Of a stretch of DNA of 64,000 nt, positions 36,508 through 46,322 are shown piece after piece (positions within the stretch are counted from its first letter, which is position 1; the number at the start of each line of letters is the position of its first letter). A program made the translations under genes and the position numbers. This DNA comes from Vulcanimicrobiota bacterium (lineage in GTDB: Bacteria > Vulcanimicrobiota > Vulcanimicrobiia > Vulcanimicrobiales > Vulcanimicrobiaceae): the NCBI GenBank assembly GCA_963748875.1, contig CAVVKC010000001.1:1767010-1831009 (forward strand), written 5' to 3'. The notes beneath the pieces were generated by a model. The model saw only the letters and a list, made by a program, of their open reading frames with translations, was not told the DNA's origin and ran no database searches.

Positions 36508-37545
36508 ATGCCGGACAATTTCCGTCTCGATCGGCGGCGTTTCTTTGGCGCGGCGGCGATGACCGTTGCCGCCGCGGAACTCGGAATGCTTGGTCCCGCC
36601 CAAGCGCAATCCGGCGCGAAGTCGTTGCCTGCGATCGCACCGGGGACCCACACCTCGTTTACCACGCTAAAGCACGTTGAAGCGGGCGTTCTGGACATCG
36701 GATACGCAGAAACCGGTCCCGCCGGCGGGCCCGCGGTGATTTTGCTCCACGGCTGGCCCTACGACATCCACAGTTATGTTGACGTTGCTCCGTTGTTGGC
36801 TTCGGCCGGCTACAGGGTTATCGTTCCCTATCTGCGTGGCTATGGTACGACGACCTTTCTCTCGAGTTCGACCTTTCGCAACGGGCAACAATCCGTCGTC
36901 GCAGTCGACGTCATCAACCTCATGGATGCTCTCAAGATCAAACAGGCGATCATCGGCGGCTTCGACTGGGGATCGCGTACGGCTGCAATCGTGGCGGCGC
37001 TCTGGCCCGGGCGCTGCAAGGCGGTCGTGTTGGTAAGCGGCTACCTGATCACAAACGTGAAGGCGCAGCAGCAGCCATTGCCGCCGAAAGGCGAGCTCGG
37101 ATGGTGGTACCAATATTACTTTTCCACCGAGCGCGGCGTTCTTGGCTACAGCAAGTACCGGGACGATTTCAATAAGCTCATCTGGACGATCGTCTCGCCG
37201 AAGTGGCAGTTCAGCGACGCGACGTACGAGCGAACCGCCGCAGCGTTCAGCAATCCGGCGCACGTGGCGATCGTAATTCACAACTACCGCTGGCGGCTCG
37301 GCCTTGCTAAAGGTGACCCCAAGTACGACGACTTAGAGAATAAGCTCTTCGCGGCTCCGGTCATCGCGGTCCCGACGATCACGATCGCGAGCGATTTCGA
37401 CGGCGCGGCGAAGAGTGGAACCGCCTACAGGGACAAATTCTCGGGCAAGTATTCGCACCGGATTTTCAACGGCATCGGTCACAACGTGCCGCAAGAAGAC
37501 CCGAAAGCCTTCGCTCAGGCCATCGCAGACGTCGCCGCTTACTGA
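36508..37545 (+). CDS. Tat-exported alpha/beta hydrolase (epoxide-hydrolase-like)
   Basis: AGGAGG lies 11 nt upstream of ATG 36508. Twin-arginine signal LDRRRFFGAAAMTVAAAELGMLGPAQA. ILLHGWPYD and GGFDWGSR (Asp nucleophile elbow). Confidence 0.75.
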   Translation: MPDNFRLDRRRFFGAAAMTVAAAELGMLGPAQAQSGAKSLPAIAPGTHTSFTTLKHVEAGVLDIGYAETGPAGGPAVILLHGWPYDIHSYVDVAPLLASAGYRVIVPYLRGYGTTTFLSSSTFRNGQQSVVAVDVINLMDALKIKQAIIGGFDWGSRTAAIVAALWPGRCKAVVLVSGYLITNVKAQQQPLPPKGELGWWYQYYFSTERGVLGYSKYRDDFNKLIWTIVSPKWQFSDATYERTAAAFSNPAHVAIVIHNYRWRLGLAKGDPKYDDLENKLFAAPVIAVPTITIASDFDGAAKSGTAYRDKFSGKYSHRIFNGIGHNVPQEDPKAFAQAIADVAAY

Positions 37546-37907
37546 GTTCCCGTGCCGCGAATGTACGTGACGGCCGAATTACCGTTGGTGTCTTTGACTA
37601 GGATCTTGTCGGTCTCGTGTTTGCTGCAGCTGAGTCCCTGAGGTACGACGATCCAAGCTCCCTGCGTCGAGACCGGCGTCTGAACGACCCAGCAGTTTCC
37701 AGCGACCGTATCGGCGGTGAACTGGCCCGTATATCCGTCCTCGACCGCCATCAACGTAAACGACGACGCGATCGATTGTTTGGCGGGGTTTGCGGCCGTC
37801 CCGTTGGGGTTTAGCTGAATGACATTCGGCATGAAATTGCTGTGAGTGCAGGCCGTCAAACCGAGAGAAGTGACGGCAGCCAGGAAAAGACGACGCGGCT
37901 CGTTCAT
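37539..37907 (-). CDS. small hypothetical lipoprotein
   Basis: MNEPRRLFLAAVTSLGLTACTH lipobox. Confidence 0.55.
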   Translation of the reverse strand: MNEPRRLFLAAVTSLGLTACTHSNFMPNVIQLNPNGTAANPAKQSIASSFTLMAVEDGYTGQFTADTVAGNCWVVQTPVSTQGAWIVVPQGLSCSKHETDKILVKDTNGNSAVTYIRGTGTQ

Positions 37908-38021
37908 ACAAAATCCCCGTTTTGCATGCGCTTAGCATAAGATTCGGCGTTGTCCTGCCGTCGGGCATGCGCTCGTCAGCGTGAGGGGTTTGCGAGCCAC
38001 CGTCGAACCGGAGCCGCGTTC

Positions 38022-39377
38022 ATGGCCGTCGAGAGATTGCAAAAGCCGCACTTACTGCGGCGGTTGAATTCGTTCGATCTGACGCTTATCACGGTCGGTG
38101 CGGTCATCGGTTCGGGCATATTCAGAACGCCCGCCGTCGTGGCGCAGCGAGCGCATCTGCCTGCGCTCGTCTTGGGCTGCTGGCTGATCGGCGGCGTTAT
38201 CGCGCTCATCGGGGCTTTTATTTTTGCCGAGCTCGCCGCGCGCCGTCCGCTGGATGGCGGTCTCTACGGCTATCTTCGCGATGCCTACCATCCGATGGTG
38301 GCCTTTCTTTTTGGGTGGACGTTGCTGCTGATCTCGGGAACGGGCTCAAACGCGGCGGCGGCCGTGCTCTTCGCCGGTTATCTCGCACCGCTAACCGGCG
38401 TGACCTTGGACCCGCGGCTCGTCGCCGTCCTTACGCTCGCGGCGTTAGCGAGCATCAATTTGCTGGGCGTGCGACAGGGAGGAAACTGGCAGAATCTCAT
38501 CGTCGTTCTGAAGATCGGTGCTATCGGCGCGCTGATCGTCGCGTCTCTGGCCGCGAGTTCGCACGCGCAGGCGCACGCAGCTGCACAGCCGTTCGATCAT
38601 CCGATGGCGCTAATTGCGGCGATCGGTGTGGCGATGCTGCCCGTTCTCTTCACCTATGCCGGATTTCAGGGCGCAAGCTTCGTGACCGCCGAAACGTTGG
38701 AGCCGCAGCGCACGATTCCACGCGGTTTACTGCTGGGAATCAGCATCGTGGTCGGCGTTTACGTTCTCGTGAACGCGGGATATTTGCACGTTCTCGGCGC
38801 CGCCGGCCTGGCCGGCACGGCGTCGCCGGCGGCCGACACGATGCGTGCGGTGGCCGGCAACGCCGGGGGACGGTTCATCGCACTCGCGATCGCCTTGTCT
38901 ACGCTTGGATACTTGAGCACGTGCATGCTCGCCTATCCGCGTATCTTCTACCAAATGGCAGCCGACGGATTATTCTTCAAACCGGTGGCGTGGATCAGCT
39001 CGTCCACTCACGTGCCGGTCGTGGCGATCTTGCTTCAGGCGTTTATGGCTTCGATCATCGCGCTGAGCGGAACGTACGAGCAAATCATCAACTGGGTGGT
39101 CGCGCCGCAATGGCTCTTCATTTTCTTGGGCGCGGGGGCACTCTTCGTTTTTCGCCGCCGGGACGCGGCGCTGCGTAGACCCACCACCACGGTCCCCGGC
39201 CATCCGATAACGACGCTGTTCTTTATCGTGGTACTGATCGCCATCTTTTCGGCCGAGTTCTTGATCTATCCGCGCGATACGCTCTACGGGATCGGAGTTG
39301 AAGTAGCGGGCGTCGTCGTCTACTTTGCCTTGCAGATTCGCGCGCGCTACGGCGTCAACTCGAAAACCGCGCCCTGA
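38022..39377 (+). CDS. APC-superfamily amino acid permease
   Basis: ATG 38022. LNSFDLTLITVGAVIGSGIFRTP, 12 TM-like segments. Confidence 0.85.
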   Translation: MAVERLQKPHLLRRLNSFDLTLITVGAVIGSGIFRTPAVVAQRAHLPALVLGCWLIGGVIALIGAFIFAELAARRPLDGGLYGYLRDAYHPMVAFLFGWTLLLISGTGSNAAAAVLFAGYLAPLTGVTLDPRLVAVLTLAALASINLLGVRQGGNWQNLIVVLKIGAIGALIVASLAASSHAQAHAAAQPFDHPMALIAAIGVAMLPVLFTYAGFQGASFVTAETLEPQRTIPRGLLLGISIVVGVYVLVNAGYLHVLGAAGLAGTASPAADTMRAVAGNAGGRFIALAIALSTLGYLSTCMLAYPRIFYQMAADGLFFKPVAWISSSTHVPVVAILLQAFMASIIALSGTYEQIINWVVAPQWLFIFLGAGALFVFRRRDAALRRPTTTVPGHPITTLFFIVVLIAIFSAEFLIYPRDTLYGIGVEVAGVVVYFALQIRARYGVNSKTAP

Positions 39378-40630
39378 TTGAAGGTCCCGCCCTGGACGGT
39401 CGTGCCGTAGAGGTGGCCGCCGGAATCTTGCGTGAGTCCGTAATATGGATACGCGCCGTCGCCGCTGCTGCCGAAACTATGCAAGACGGTTTCGCTTCCG
39501 GACGTAGCGTCGAGGTCGAAGATCGTCCCGCAGTCGCACGATCCGCCGCCTGCCGACGTCGTGCCGTACAGACGTCCGGATGCTCCCGCGATCAGGGTGC
39601 TCGTCGGCGAGCTTCCATCGCTGCCTCCCCGGAAGCTATACAGCACGCGATCGTGATACTTCCCTCGAGCACTAGCGACCAGTTCGAAGACCGAACCGAA
39701 GCCGTGCGCGCCGCCGTAGTACGTCGTGCCGTAGAGATTTCCCGATGCATCTTGGATCAAGCCGCCGTAAGGAGAAGCGGCATCCGGAGTGCCCTTGAAT
39801 GCGTAGAGCGTTTTCAAGTTCCACCGGTTCTTCAAAGTCCGCGTCATCTTAAAGACGGTTCCCGCGCTGTGCGCACCTCCAATCTCCGTAACGCCGTAGA
39901 GATCGCCGCTGGAATCGACCAGCAGAGTCCCGAGCGATCCGACTCCGCCGTCCTTTCCTCCGGTAAAAGCGTGAATGACGCTTTCGTGCCATGTCCGTCG
40001 GGCGCGAGATATCTCGTAGACGGTGCCTTCGGCATTGGTGCCGCCATCGGGCGTGGTTCCATACAAGTGCCCGGTCGAATCGATGGCGAGACTGCCGCCG
40101 GGTCCAAACCCGTCGTTTCCGCCGGTAAAACTATGTAGGACGTTCTCGGCCGCCTGAGCGGTGAGCTGAAAAACGACGCCGCAGCCGCTGCTGCCGCAAG
40201 AACCCCCCGATCCACCTGAAACCGTCGATCCGTAGAGATTACTTTTGCGGTCGAACGTCACTCCTCCGTACGGAGTCTTTCCCGTGCCGTAGCAGTCGAA
40301 GCTATAAAGCACGCTCTCGTGCCACGGTACGCTCTTTTTCGGTGCGAGCTTGAAGATCGTGCCGCACGCGTAGGTTCCGCCGACGACGGTCGTGCCGTAA
40401 AGGTTTCCACCGCGGATGACCAGCCCGCTGGCCGCATCTCCACCGTCGTTGCCGCCGCTGAAACTGTACAGCACTTGCTCGGCCCTCTTGGTGGAAACGG
40501 CACCTTGCCGCTCGAACGGAAGCGCTCCCGCAGGCGCGCCGCCCGGAGATTGCGAGGCGGTGCAGCCCGACAAGATTGCAGCTGCCGCACAAATACCCAT
40601 AGCGTGACGTGAAACCAAGGATTCGCTCAT
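39347..40630 (-). CDS. GloVer-type tandem-repeat lipoprotein
   Basis: Lipobox AILSGCTAS. Repeats VLYSFSGGNDGGDAASGLVIRGGNLYGTTVVGGTYACGTIFKL and similar. 31-nt convergent overlap with the permease 3' end. Confidence 0.85.
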   Translation of the reverse strand: MSESLVSRHAMGICAAAAILSGCTASQSPGGAPAGALPFERQGAVSTKRAEQVLYSFSGGNDGGDAASGLVIRGGNLYGTTVVGGTYACGTIFKLAPKKSVPWHESVLYSFDCYGTGKTPYGGVTFDRKSNLYGSTVSGGSGGSCGSSGCGVVFQLTAQAAENVLHSFTGGNDGFGPGGSLAIDSTGHLYGTTPDGGTNAEGTVYEISRARRTWHESVIHAFTGGKDGGVGSLGTLLVDSSGDLYGVTEIGGAHSAGTVFKMTRTLKNRWNLKTLYAFKGTPDAASPYGGLIQDASGNLYGTTYYGGAHGFGSVFELVASARGKYHDRVLYSFRGGSDGSSPTSTLIAGASGRLYGTTSAGGGSCDCGTIFDLDATSGSETVLHSFGSSGDGAYPYYGLTQDSGGHLYGTTVQGGTFNQGAVFELTP

Positions 40631-40720
40631 CCGCCTCGACTTCGGCGCGCCGCCTCTTCATGCTTTCTTTACCAGTTGGCGGCACCATGGCGGGGACTCT
40701 CAACGCTGGAGGTTGACGAC

Positions 40721-41002
40721 ATGGCCAAAACATTTCAACCCGTAACGCGCCGAACGTTCCTCGGGATCACGCTCGCCCTGCCGGCGCTCGCGAGCCTGCT
40801 GACGACCGAGGCCCTGGCCGACAGCCAGAAATCATCGCAGGCAGCGATGCACTATCAAAGCTCGCCAAACGGAAGCATGCAGTGCTCCGGGTGTAACTTT
40901 TTTATTCCCGGTTCGGACGCAAACTCCGATGGCACGTGCAAGATCGTCGACGGATCCATTTCCCCCCACGGATATTGCATCGGCTTCAACGCGAAGTCGT
41001 AG
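40721..41002 (+). CDS. high-potential iron-sulfur protein (HiPIP)-like, Tat signal
   Basis: GGAGGT RBS. TRRTFLGITLALPALASL. Four Cys in HiPIP spacing: CSGC-x15-C-x13-C, with an aromatic residue before the last Cys (GYC). Confidence 0.65.
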   Translation: MAKTFQPVTRRTFLGITLALPALASLLTTEALADSQKSSQAAMHYQSSPNGSMQCSGCNFFIPGSDANSDGTCKIVDGSISPHGYCIGFNAKS

Positions 41003-41056
41003 TCCACCGCTTCAGACAACCATAACAACGTTTAGGTGCTCGAGCAGTAGCGGAGC

Positions 41057-41623
41057 TCAGCTCGGCAACTGAAAAAAGAGCAAAACCACATACAGCACCG
41101 TCAAAACCATCGCTTGTGCCGCGATTGCCTCCTGCGCTCTGCGCGATCGCAGGAGGTACGCGGCTATTATCGCGACCTCAAAAGCGAGCAAGAATGCCAA
41201 ATTCAGCATCGAGTGCATGCGGCCGGTTCTTGCAACCTCTTCGGCAATGCTCAGCGCCGGCAAGAAGAACATGAATCCGAAGAACCACCGCCGATTCCGA
41301 AAGTACCAATAGCCGAGATCGAGCGTACCGCCCTCTTCTCGGTCGGGAAGCACGAGGGCGGAAAGCAAGAATAAGTCAACCGGAATGAGCAGCTGAAGCC
41401 AAAACGTGCCGAAGTTCCATTGTGGCGTGTGACGAACGCTCCATTCGGCCCACCAGTGCTGGACGGAAATAAAGAAAAGCCACACCGCCCACGCTATCGG
41501 CGGCCAATAAAAGTCGGTCCGCTCGCGCGCGGTGATCACCGTCGCAAGCCGCGCCAGAACGTTTGCGATCGCAAGCCCCAGCACGATGGAGATGAGGATC
41601 GTTAGGTAGTCGAACGCGCTCAT
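41057..41623 (-). CDS. hypothetical integral membrane protein
   Basis: ATG 41623 (MSAFDYLTILISIVLGLAIANVL). 5-6 hydrophobic segments, Trp-rich loops. Confidence 0.5.
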   Translation of the reverse strand: MSAFDYLTILISIVLGLAIANVLARLATVITARERTDFYWPPIAWAVWLFFISVQHWWAEWSVRHTPQWNFGTFWLQLLIPVDLFLLSALVLPDREEGGTLDLGYWYFRNRRWFFGFMFFLPALSIAEEVARTGRMHSMLNLAFLLAFEVAIIAAYLLRSRRAQEAIAAQAMVLTVLYVVLLFFQLPS

Positions 41624-41888
41624 CTCGGCGAAGGCTCGTGCAACAACGATAGGGCGCTCGAGTTTGTGCGACCTATCATGCAGCTTGTTCCTTCCGATTT
41701 GGTAGAGTCGGTTGGGAATCGCTGACGGGCAAGGCCGCACGGTTCATCGCCTGCCCGCGTTGCCCCTGCGCACAAGCGCATCTACGACTCTTACGCCGTA
41801 AGCAAAATCGCTTGGGCGGGAAGCGCGAACGCGAGCGCAAAGTAAGCGGCGAGTGTAAGCCCCATCGTCGGGACTTCAGGAGACGCCT

Positions 41889-42836
41889 ATGAATACGCCC
41901 CTTTCGGGTCGCCTTGTTTTGATCGTTGGTGCGGCGGCCTTGCTGTCAGCATGCGGCGGATCGTCGGTCCCGGTAGGAGGGCCTAGTAGCGCAGCCGCGG
42001 TCGATCGCGCGGCGATGGGTGCCAAGACGTTCCGCTACACTGGTCGCGAACAGACATTCCTGGTTCCTAATGGGGTCAGGCAAATCAGCGTCGTCGCACG
42101 CGGGGCGGCCGGAGGCGGCGAGTTCTTTGGCCGCGGTGGTCGCGTCCACGGAATCATTCGCGTGCGACCTGGTGAGATAGTGTACGTGTTTGTCGGCGGT
42201 CAAGGGAACGGCGCAGCAGGCGGCTTTAACGGCGGTGGAAACGCGGGGCCTGGAGGGACACGCGGCGGCGCTAGCTACGGTGGCGGAGGCGCCTCGGATG
42301 TGCGAGCGGGCAGCGATACGCTGCGTGACCGGATTCTCGTCGCGGCCGGCGGCGGTGGCGAAGGCAGCAGTCGGTTTCAAGTCGGCGGTCGCGGCGGTGG
42401 CGAGATCGGCGGAATTGGCGGGAGCTACTGTTATCGTGGTTCTTCTTGCATTGGTGGCGGCGGAGGCAAGGGCGGCACGCAGAGTCAGGGCGGCGCGGGA
42501 GGTGCGGGCGGTTTCCAGAGCTACCAGCCCGGACAGCCTGGCACGTCCGGAACATTCGGAATTGGTGGGAGCGGCGGGAGCGGTGGATGCTCTTACTACA
42601 GCGGAACCTGCGACTGCGGTTATGCGAACGGCTGCCCCGGCGCTGGAGGAGGCGGAGGCTACTACGGCGGCGGCGGCGGTGGTGGTGGCGCGGCCGAATA
42701 CGCAAGTATAGATGGAGGTCCCGGCGGCGCAGGCGGCGGCGGATCGTCTTGGGCCAAATCCAGCGTTGCGGACTTCCGAACTTGGGCAGGTTGGAAAAAT
42801 GCGACGGGTGACGGGCTAGTCGTCTTCAGCTGGTAG
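41889..42836 (+). CDS. glycine-rich domain lipoprotein (bacterial Gly_rich/ALK-GRD-like family)
   Basis: Lipobox LLSACGGS. FRYTGREQTFLVPNGVRQISVVARGAAGGG...RVRPGEIVYVFVGGQG...GGFNGGG...GGGGASDVRAG...RILVAAGGGGEG, then poly-Gly tracts. Confidence 0.7.
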   Translation: MNTPLSGRLVLIVGAAALLSACGGSSVPVGGPSSAAAVDRAAMGAKTFRYTGREQTFLVPNGVRQISVVARGAAGGGEFFGRGGRVHGIIRVRPGEIVYVFVGGQGNGAAGGFNGGGNAGPGGTRGGASYGGGGASDVRAGSDTLRDRILVAAGGGGEGSSRFQVGGRGGGEIGGIGGSYCYRGSSCIGGGGGKGGTQSQGGAGGAGGFQSYQPGQPGTSGTFGIGGSGGSGGCSYYSGTCDCGYANGCPGAGGGGGYYGGGGGGGGAAEYASIDGGPGGAGGGGSSWAKSSVADFRTWAGWKNATGDGLVVFSW

Positions 42837-42872
42837 CTAAAACGCTGCGGGCGGTGCGTTAAGTTTAACGCA

Positions 42873-43478
42873 TTAACTGAGCTCCAGCGGAAGAGGCCCG
42901 GCGGGCCGGTAGGTGTTGAGGAGGACGCCACTTGGCGTGCTCAGTGTAGCAACCAGAGAGAGACCACGTGGCGGAACGCCATTTTCGAACAGCCGCTTTC
43001 CTTCGCCGAGCACCAACGGGAAGACCCAGATGCGATATTCGTCAACGAGTTCCGCGGCGATTAGCGTCTGCAGCAATTCGCTGCTGCCCCAAACGTGCAA
43101 CACCGGCCCATCAGATGCCTTGAGCTCACGGACCTCGTCCACGACATCACCGCCTATGTGCTGCGAGTTCTCCCAGTCGAGCCGGTCCGGGCTGCGCGTG
43201 ACGACGTATTTCGTCGCCTTGTTGAACGCCTTCCCAATCGGGTTGTCGCGCTGGTTCGGCCAGTGGGAGGCGAAGATCTCGTAGGTCCGGCGTCCCAAGA
43301 GCATGTCGAACTCACCGGCGATAGTCTCGCAAACGGCCTGGTAACCGGCGTCGTCCAAGAAGGACATGGCCCAGCCTCCGTGGGTGAACCCGTTCCTCGG
43401 ATCCTCCTCACGGCCACCGGGCGACTGCATGACGCCGTCCAACGTGACTTGCGTGATTGCAATGATCTTTCTCAACAT
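42873..43478 (-). CDS. dihydrofolate reductase family protein (RibD C-terminal domain)
   Basis: GGAGAG RBS. ITQVTLDGVMQSPGG...LLGRRTYEIFASHWP...VWGSSELLQTLIAAELVDEYRIWVFPLVLGEGKRLF. Confidence 0.8.
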   Translation of the reverse strand: MLRKIIAITQVTLDGVMQSPGGREEDPRNGFTHGGWAMSFLDDAGYQAVCETIAGEFDMLLGRRTYEIFASHWPNQRDNPIGKAFNKATKYVVTRSPDRLDWENSQHIGGDVVDEVRELKASDGPVLHVWGSSELLQTLIAAELVDEYRIWVFPLVLGEGKRLFENGVPPRGLSLVATLSTPSGVLLNTYRPAGPLPLELS

Positions 43479-43610
43479 CTCTCTCCAGTTTGTGCGTTTC
43501 GCATCCCGAGGACGAATGACCGGTGCGTCTTTCGAACACGAGTGGCGTCTTCATCGGTCTTTCGGGCCATTCACATTTTATGCTTCCGCGGTCTCAAAAT
43601 TACACCAAAT

Positions 43611-43640
43611 AACAAAAACGCGCGAGTTTCACGCGCGCGG
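43611..43640 (-). terminator. rho-independent terminator (minus strand)
   Basis: Minus strand reads CCGCGCGCG-TGAAACT-CGCGCG followed by TTTTTGTTATTT. No convincing CDS lies upstream of it. Confidence 0.6.
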
Positions 43641-43897
43641 AATCTGTGATGGGTTTGGCCGGTGGTCTATGCGATAGGCAGTGGTGATCGCGGCACCGCT
43701 ACGGTTAACTTTCACGGGCGAAAAATGGTGGATTTCTTCGAGCAGCGCTGTGGTATGCACGTAGAGACAGTCCCGCTGTCGGCTAGAAAGGGCGGCGCCA
43801 TTTAGGAGGCGGCACGATCGACGCAAACGGCGCTCCCGGGAGTTACCGATAACAAAGCATTATCGGGAAGTTTCCCAGCGGGCTGACGCCGAAAGGA

Positions 43898-43986
43898 GGC
43901 GGCGTGTAAACCCCACTTCTCGCGCTTTGGGAGACGCCATGAATACGTTTCGCTTCGGTCGCTTTGCTTTGATCGTCGGCGCGCGG
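43898..43986 (+). pseudogene. duplicated promoter-proximal/5' stub of the glycine-rich lipoprotein gene
   Basis: GGAGACGCC-ATGAATACG...TTTGATCGTCGGCGCGCGG at 43898-43986 parallels 41848-41937. The reading frame (MNTFRFGRFALIVGAR...) loses the lipobox and stops after about 40 codons. Confidence 0.6.
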
Positions 43987-44377
43987 CAAGGGGGTTGGCA
44001 AAGCGGGCGGCCGTCAACCGCCGTTGGTGTTGGTACTCGGACGTTGCCTCACGGCACAAGACGCTGAACGAAGCGCTCGAGGCGGTTCGTTCGATCGGCT
44101 AGCTAACGTGCGGCGCGTTCGGCAAGTGTTCGCGCCCACACTCATGGCAGGCTCTGATCGCGGTTGTGGTCTTCGAATTTAGCTTGAGCTGTTTGTCGAG
44201 TAGATCATCGCGGTTTTTCCAACACGGGTCGTCGTCGACGGCTTTCTCAGCCAACGCTTTTTCTTCGGCCGCGTCACGCAGCTCGTATATGGCGTCGATC
44301 TTGTCCTTTGTATCGCTCAGGGGTTACCCTTTCATTCAGTGGTCTCAGCAAGTGCCGGGTAGTTTTGCGCAAAGCCG

Positions 44378-44608
44378 TCAATCAATCATGTACTGTGGTG
44401 CCGTGAGCGTGCGCACCCATTCGACTTCGGATGCGTCCCGTATGCCTACCCACCTACGGCCCTGCTTGAGTGCCGACGCGGGCTGCTCGATCGCATAGGC
44501 AGCTTGGGAGAGGCGCAGCTGCCAGAGTTTCCCGAGGACTTCGCGACCATCCACGAGTTTCACGACGACTAAGCCGTCAACGTGGGACCGTAGGCCCTCG
44601 TCTGTCAT
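44378..44608 (-). CDS. hypothetical small protein
   Basis: 76-aa ORF. No family recognised. Lies in a degraded region. Confidence 0.3.
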   Translation of the reverse strand: MTDEGLRSHVDGLVVVKLVDGREVLGKLWQLRLSQAAYAIEQPASALKQGRRWVGIRDASEVEWVRTLTAPQYMID

Positions 44609-44999
44609 GCGTTTTCTTTACCACTCCGGAGCTCTCACAAACCTTTGCGTTGCAGCAACCGCCGGATGCGACGCAGACCTGTAATGTCATTCTAATAGTC
44701 TCATCTCGCACTAGATGGTTTTTCCTCCGCACACCACGGAGGGAATTGGGGCCGCGTTTTGTTTCATGGGCGCGGCCCTTGCACTGCGACGAAAGGGTGC
44801 GAGGGCGTGATGCTGCGGTGCGGCCTCAACGATTTAGTCCAGCTTTTTAGGTGGCGCTTCCAAGACGCGCACCGACTCTACCATGAAGGAATTAATGCTG
44901 AGTCGCGGGGGCCTCGCGTCGGGATCTGCTGCTGGCCTTCGTTGTTTTTGGTTTACGCCTCGCGTGAGCGTTACTTCCGTATTAATGATGATGGGCTAT

Positions 45000-45391
45000 G
45001 AACCCCAAATCGGAAACGGGAAGTCAAGCTGGGGACCCCTTCCGAAAGGAATGCCATGGCTCGTACAAAGTCGCGTAGAGTCTTACGATCCGCATTTGGA
45101 AACGAACGCTTCGCAAGTACGGCGCGCGATCACTTGCCGACCCGCGCAAGCCGAACCGAGTGTTTCGTCGGGGAGCACTGCAGCGTAGACCTCAGCGGCG
45201 ACGGTCCCGATCGGTGCCCCCTCGTCTTTGTCACGCCGCCAACCAACATGCTCTTAGAAGCTACTTCTACACGTGGATCGAGAACGATAACAACCGACGT
45301 CGCCCGAGCGTGGGCCATCTCTCACCGGCACCGTGGCGGGAGCACGGCAGGCGAGAATGACATCACTCGGTGTCCAGTTTTGGTGAGGTCA
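45000..45391 (+). mobile_element. IS3-family remnant: degraded orfB 3' end plus right terminal repeat (copy A)
   Basis: 45160..45357 encodes ...ALRSYFYTWIENDNNRRRPSVGHLSPAPWREH, an rve-transposase tail. The upstream frames are broken. It ends ...GTCCAGTTTTGGTGAGGTCA at 45391. Confidence 0.65.
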
Positions 45392-45510
45392 GTCCAACGC
45401 GAAAGCCCGTACAGGACGGGAGTTTCCGGTAATCGACGAGAGCGGCAGGGATCTCGGTCACAGGTTCGACTCCAGTTGGTAAAGTAACGATTTAGAAGTA
45501 CCCTGCCGGC

Positions 45511-46113
45511 TCACAGATACCGTCTCACGCGCGCGCAATACGTTTCATATTCCGCGCCATACTGCTGCCGCAAGTAAGATTCTTCGCGTAATACCTGGCG
45601 ATGCATTAACGCGGCTCCAGCAACTAGGTAGGAGAATAGCAGCCAATTCGGCGCTATCAAGAACTCGCCGAACAGAGCGAACGCGAACGCGACATAAATC
45701 GGATTACGTGTAACGCCGAAGATTCCCGATGTCGCGAGCTTGCCTGGTCGACCAGTATCAATGCCGACCCGAAAGCTCTTCCCAAAGGAAATCAGACTCG
45801 CAAACATCACTATGAGTGCAAGCGCGCACACCGCCACGCCAAACCATGATTGCCACGTAGAAACGAAGAGTTCGGAGCGAATGACCCTCGGCCAGTTGAA
45901 CGCGTTGGAAAATATAAGATAAAGGTACAGGAACACAAACGGTGGGATCAGGAAGTCGGTCTTATCGGTCGCGCCAAATTTCAACGCGCTCACGCCTTGT
46001 CTGCTCAACATCGCCACACGCGCCAGCACCATTGTAATCAAAAGAAAGATGCTCAGCGCACCAAAATAGGCTGTCATTGGGTCCGTGTTTCCGCCGGTAT
46101 CGGTCAGTACCAT
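45511..46113 (-). CDS. isoprenylcysteine carboxyl methyltransferase (ICMT/PEMT-like) family membrane protein
   Basis: GIFGVTRNPIYVAFAFALFGEFL......HRQVLREESYLRQQYGAEYETYCARVRRY is the family signature. Confidence 0.75.
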   Translation of the reverse strand: MVLTDTGGNTDPMTAYFGALSIFLLITMVLARVAMLSRQGVSALKFGATDKTDFLIPPFVFLYLYLIFSNAFNWPRVIRSELFVSTWQSWFGVAVCALALIVMFASLISFGKSFRVGIDTGRPGKLATSGIFGVTRNPIYVAFAFALFGEFLIAPNWLLFSYLVAGAALMHRQVLREESYLRQQYGAEYETYCARVRRYL

Positions 46114-46182
46114 ATCGCGGTTTTTTAGCTGGCTGCAGGCGAGTACGGTGACCTGTCCTGCGACCTTGTGCGAGACAAAGAG

Positions 46183-46300
46183 TTAAGCTGGGTTGGGTAC
46201 AATAGGTTGTTCCAGCTGCGCCGCCTCAGACTCTGCCGGCGGGACGTAGCCGAGAGCCGAGTGACCGACCGACTTCAAGAAGTCTTGCGACAAATTGAAG
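46183..46300 (-). pseudogene. rve-type transposase C-terminal fragment
   Basis: Minus-strand translation ...FNLSQDFLKSVGHSALGYVPPAESEAAQLEQ... ends at TAA (46185-46183). No start and no upstream catalytic domain. Confidence 0.4.
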
Positions 46301-46322
46301 CGGCCGGTTCACTGCGTTTCTT

